From contig CBDANW010000002.1 of assembly GCA_965197825.1 (NCBI GenBank), positions 213,271-277,270 of the forward strand: 64,000 nt of DNA, given 5' to 3'. Positions 61,413 through 64,000 of this stretch are shown one piece after another. Numbering within the stretch: position 1 is the first letter of the stretch; every line of letters starts with the position of its first letter. The notes beneath the pieces were generated by a model. The model saw only the letters and a list, made by a program, of their open reading frames with translations, was not told the origin of the DNA and did not search any database. This DNA comes from Candidatus Marinacidobacterales bacterium. GTDB lineage: Bacteria > Acidobacteriota > Vicinamibacteria > Marinacidobacterales > DATDRI01. Position numbers and translations under genes: made by a program.

Positions 61413-62267
61413 CTATTGCATCCACCAGTCTTTGTTCAGCTCCGCGATTTGCACGAACATCTCCGCTTTGTCCTCAAGCATATCGGATGCTATTTGGAAG
61501 TGAACGCGTTGCCTTCTCTCGGTGTATTGAAAGCCTTTGTCGCTGAGTAATTCTAGAATCTCCTCGCGCTTGCCCCCGTAATGAAAATGGACGAGCACAT
61601 TGTTTCCGCTTCGGTTCTCGAGCAGCAACTGGTTGTAGCCGCTTGAAGTGATCACAACAGAGAACTTGTTGAATCCTAGCTTTGGATTTGAATAAACCGT
61701 CTGCGTAAGGCTCAATAGATACCTTGCACTGGCCAATGTTTTTTGAGATTTCTTTACCCAATAAGCCTCATCGTAGATCTCACCATCTCCTGACGAGGCG
61801 TTGTCGTCTGGCTCCTCGTACACATCTATGATTTTGGTGAAATGAAGGCTTTTGCCGTGCGGGCTTTCCACGACGTTGACCTGAATGGCGATCAACGGCA
61901 CCGCACCGCTGAGAATTTGAATGACGTTGAAGAATCGCTTTGTAATACGCTCTGCAACCAAGACTGCATAGTGTTGTCGTTGCGGCCATTTTCGCTTCAT
62001 GAGGTCCCAATACTCGATGGTTCTCACGATGTGGTCTGGATCAGTTTCTCCGAGCATCGTTTCGACTTCGTACATCGAATCATCGACGGGGTTCTTGAGC
62101 AGAATATCGAGTCGCCCACCAGAGCTTACGGCGCGCTCCTTCGTCACGCCTTCAAGTTCGCCGAGCCCAAGACAAGAAGGGCTCTCCCATATTTGGGCTT
62201 GCAGCCAAGCCTCATCGAGCCCAACGGAATGAAGCGTCACGGTTTTCGAAAAGGGTATCGCGTCCAT
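61413..62267 (-). CDS. Hypothetical protein with PD-(D/E)xK/NucS-like N-terminal signature (285 aa), low GC
   Basis: ...GGRLDILLKNPVDDSMYEVETMLGE... . About 48% GC versus about 62% background. Immediately downstream of the HsdR-N-like repeat gene. Confidence 0.45.
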   Translation of the reverse strand: MDAIPFSKTVTLHSVGLDEAWLQAQIWESPSCLGLGELEGVTKERAVSSGGRLDILLKNPVDDSMYEVETMLGETDPDHIVRTIEYWDLMKRKWPQRQHYAVLVAERITKRFFNVIQILSGAVPLIAIQVNVVESPHGKSLHFTKIIDVYEEPDDNASSGDGEIYDEAYWVKKSQKTLASARYLLSLTQTVYSNPKLGFNKFSVVITSSGYNQLLLENRSGNNVLVHFHYGGKREEILELLSDKGFQYTERRQRVHFQIASDMLEDKAEMFVQIAELNKDWWMQ

Positions 62268-62402
62268 GTTTTTTCCTAGTGCTTGCACGGGAGTTTTTCT
62301 AGTTTCGCAAGGCTGTTTATACGCGCTCTCGGGTTTCAACTGTTCATTCCCACTTCCAGGCATTACGCGGCCATTCGTCTGGTCCACAGATGGCTGGTCG
62401 CG

Positions 62403-63964
62403 CTAGGCCTTGTTGGGCTTCGCGTCATAGACCAGCGCGAGCTTCGCTTTCCCGACTTGCCGGCGATACTCACTTCGGAGAGCACCGATCCTCTGCCACT
62501 CGCCGCTTGCGTCGCGGCAGTACCAGTAGTCCCACCCGTTCCCCGATTTGCTGGTCACGGCAGAGAAGGCCGTGCTCGGGCTTTCGTGGCACTCGTTGTT
62601 TACCTCCAGTTGTCCGTTGCTCTTAATGCGGCCCCGGACGACTTCGCCCTTGAACGATAGACGCCACTGGTCACCCTCACGGACGAGTCCGGCCTTCAAG
62701 AGATCCCCGATAGTAACGCGCTGGCCGTGCACACTGACCGGTCCCCCCTTGGCCCGATTGCCGCCTTCCGGCCCGCTGTCCTGGACAGCATCGTCGGTGT
62801 GAATTGCCTTGGCCCCGAGGTCCACCGGGGTTCGGACCAGCGCGAGCTTCGCTTTTCCGACTTGCCGGCGATACTCACTTCGGAGAGCATCGATCCTCTG
62901 CCATTCGCTCCCAGCGTCGCGGTAGTGCCAGTAGTACCACCCGTTGCCCGGCTTGCTGGTCACGGCAGAGAAGGCTTTGCTCGGGTTACCGTGACCCTTA
63001 TTATTAACCTCCAGCTGTCCGTTTCTCTCAATGCGGCCCCAGACGACTTCGCCCTTGAGCGATAGACGCCACTGGTCACCCTCACGACGAGTCCGGTCTT
63101 CAAAAGATCCCCGATAGTAACGCGCTTGCCGTGCGCACTGACGGGCCCTCCCTTGGCCCGATTGCCGCTTTCCAGCACACTGTCCTGGACCGCATCGTCG
63201 GTGTGAATTGCCTCGGCCTCAAGATCCACCGGGATCCGGCCGGCTTCGTCTGAGATAGATTCCACATAAGCCTTGATGTGCTTCATGCTGATCTTGATCC
63301 CATCAGGCAGCCCAACTCGTTCTTCCTTGAACTCTCGCTGAATTGCCTTACACAACGTGTCGAAGGGAGTGCTGAGCAGGCTATCGAGAGCCAGTTTGAT
63401 CCGGCTGTGAATCATGTGCTCTTCGTACGCGTGCTGGATCTCTTCGTTCTCCAGACACTCGCGTGACAGCAGGCTGGTTAGATGCTTGAGGAACTCGTCC
63501 ATCGTGAACCCGCTGTCGGTGTCCACCGTCTTGATCTCTAGCGTGAGGAACTTCTGTTCCTAGAAAGACTTGCCACTGCGGGAGTTGTAGAGGACGTACC
63601 GGTTGCCGTCAGATAGAACGCCCCATTGAACCCCCATCGCGCCGAGGTAGGAGGTGAGCTGCTTGACGTGGTTCTTGTGGCCGATGTTGCTACTGAGTCG
63701 CTTGGCCTCCAAGAGCAGGATGGGTTTCGCAGACTTTTTTTTCGAGCTGTAAAACGCGTAGTCGACCGGCTCGTTGAATTCGGGCACGCGTGGCTCACTC
63801 TTGATGGAGTCAAAATCGGTAAAGTCCCACTGGAGCGCGCGAAACAACGGGTTGATGAGACCCTGTCGGGTGTCGGTCTCGGTGAGCTTTGCGTCGCCCG
63901 CCTCGGTCTTGATGATTTGTTTCTTGAGCTTGAGGATGGTGTCCTTAAGTACCGCGTAGTCCAT
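62403..63964 (-). pseudogene. HsdR-N-terminal-like PD-(D/E)xK domain protein with two tandem about 95-aa Trp-rich repeats, copy 2: one amber stop (63560) and one 1-nt deletion frameshift (about 63050)
   Basis: MDYAVLKDTILKLKK...KPILLLEAKRL... then VDLEAEAIHTDDAVQDS...GKRVTIGDLLKTGLV... and VDLGAKAIHTDDAVQDS...GNGWDYWYCRDASGEWQRIGALRSEYRRQVGKAKLALV in tandem. Confidence 0.55.
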
Positions 63965-63986
63965 AGCCTTCCCCGTCCTGTGCCGG

Positions 63987-64000
63987 TGATGTCTTAAGAT
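63987..64000 (+). mobile_element. Start of a sixth IS256 copy (left IR GGTGATGTCTTAAGAT), cut by the window edge
   Basis: Matches the IR at 42258 and 55319. Inserted into a TIR fragment (ccccgtcctgtgcc|ggtgatg). Confidence 0.7.

Overview
High-GC (about 62%) bacterial chromosomal segment, probably Acidobacteria-like given several TonB-dependent receptors with carboxypeptidase-regulatory-like N-terminal domains. Most of the window is an insertion-sequence and MITE graveyard. It contains: five copies (four complete, one 3' fragment) plus the start of a sixth of a single IS256-family element; one complete IS481-like element with terminal inverted repeats (TIRs) of about 105 bp; many internally deleted MITE derivatives and solo TIRs of that element; two IS30-family copies, one carrying a nested IS256; two other IS256-family types; IS3 and IS66 fragments; a fragmented large serine recombinase; and at least five further families of short composite repeats. 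Intact housekeeping or accessory genes between them include TonB-dependent receptors, 1-pyrroline-5-carboxylate dehydrogenase, dps divergent from a frameshifted oxyR, bioA, a KamA-family radical-SAM aminomutase, a PmtA-like methyltransferase, a gamma-class N6-adenine methyltransferase with a putative cognate endonuclease, a Yip1-family membrane protein and an HU-like protein. Many other genes are remnants cut by IS or MITE insertions (TBDR, Omp85, HsdR, bioD, SRAP, GAF, a pentapeptide-repeat gene). The most unusual candidate system is a three-gene, translationally coupled cassette at 7034-8657: an extended Phd/YefM-like antitoxin, an unknown 251-aa protein and a VapC PIN toxin, preceded by palindromic operators. 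A second candidate is a low-GC, two-gene nuclease-like cassette (HsdR-N-terminal-like PD-(D/E)xK domain with tandem Trp-rich repeats, plus a 285-aa partner) present in two decayed copies. No rRNA, tRNA or CRISPR arrays were seen. All protein calls rest on motif recognition by eye, not database searches.
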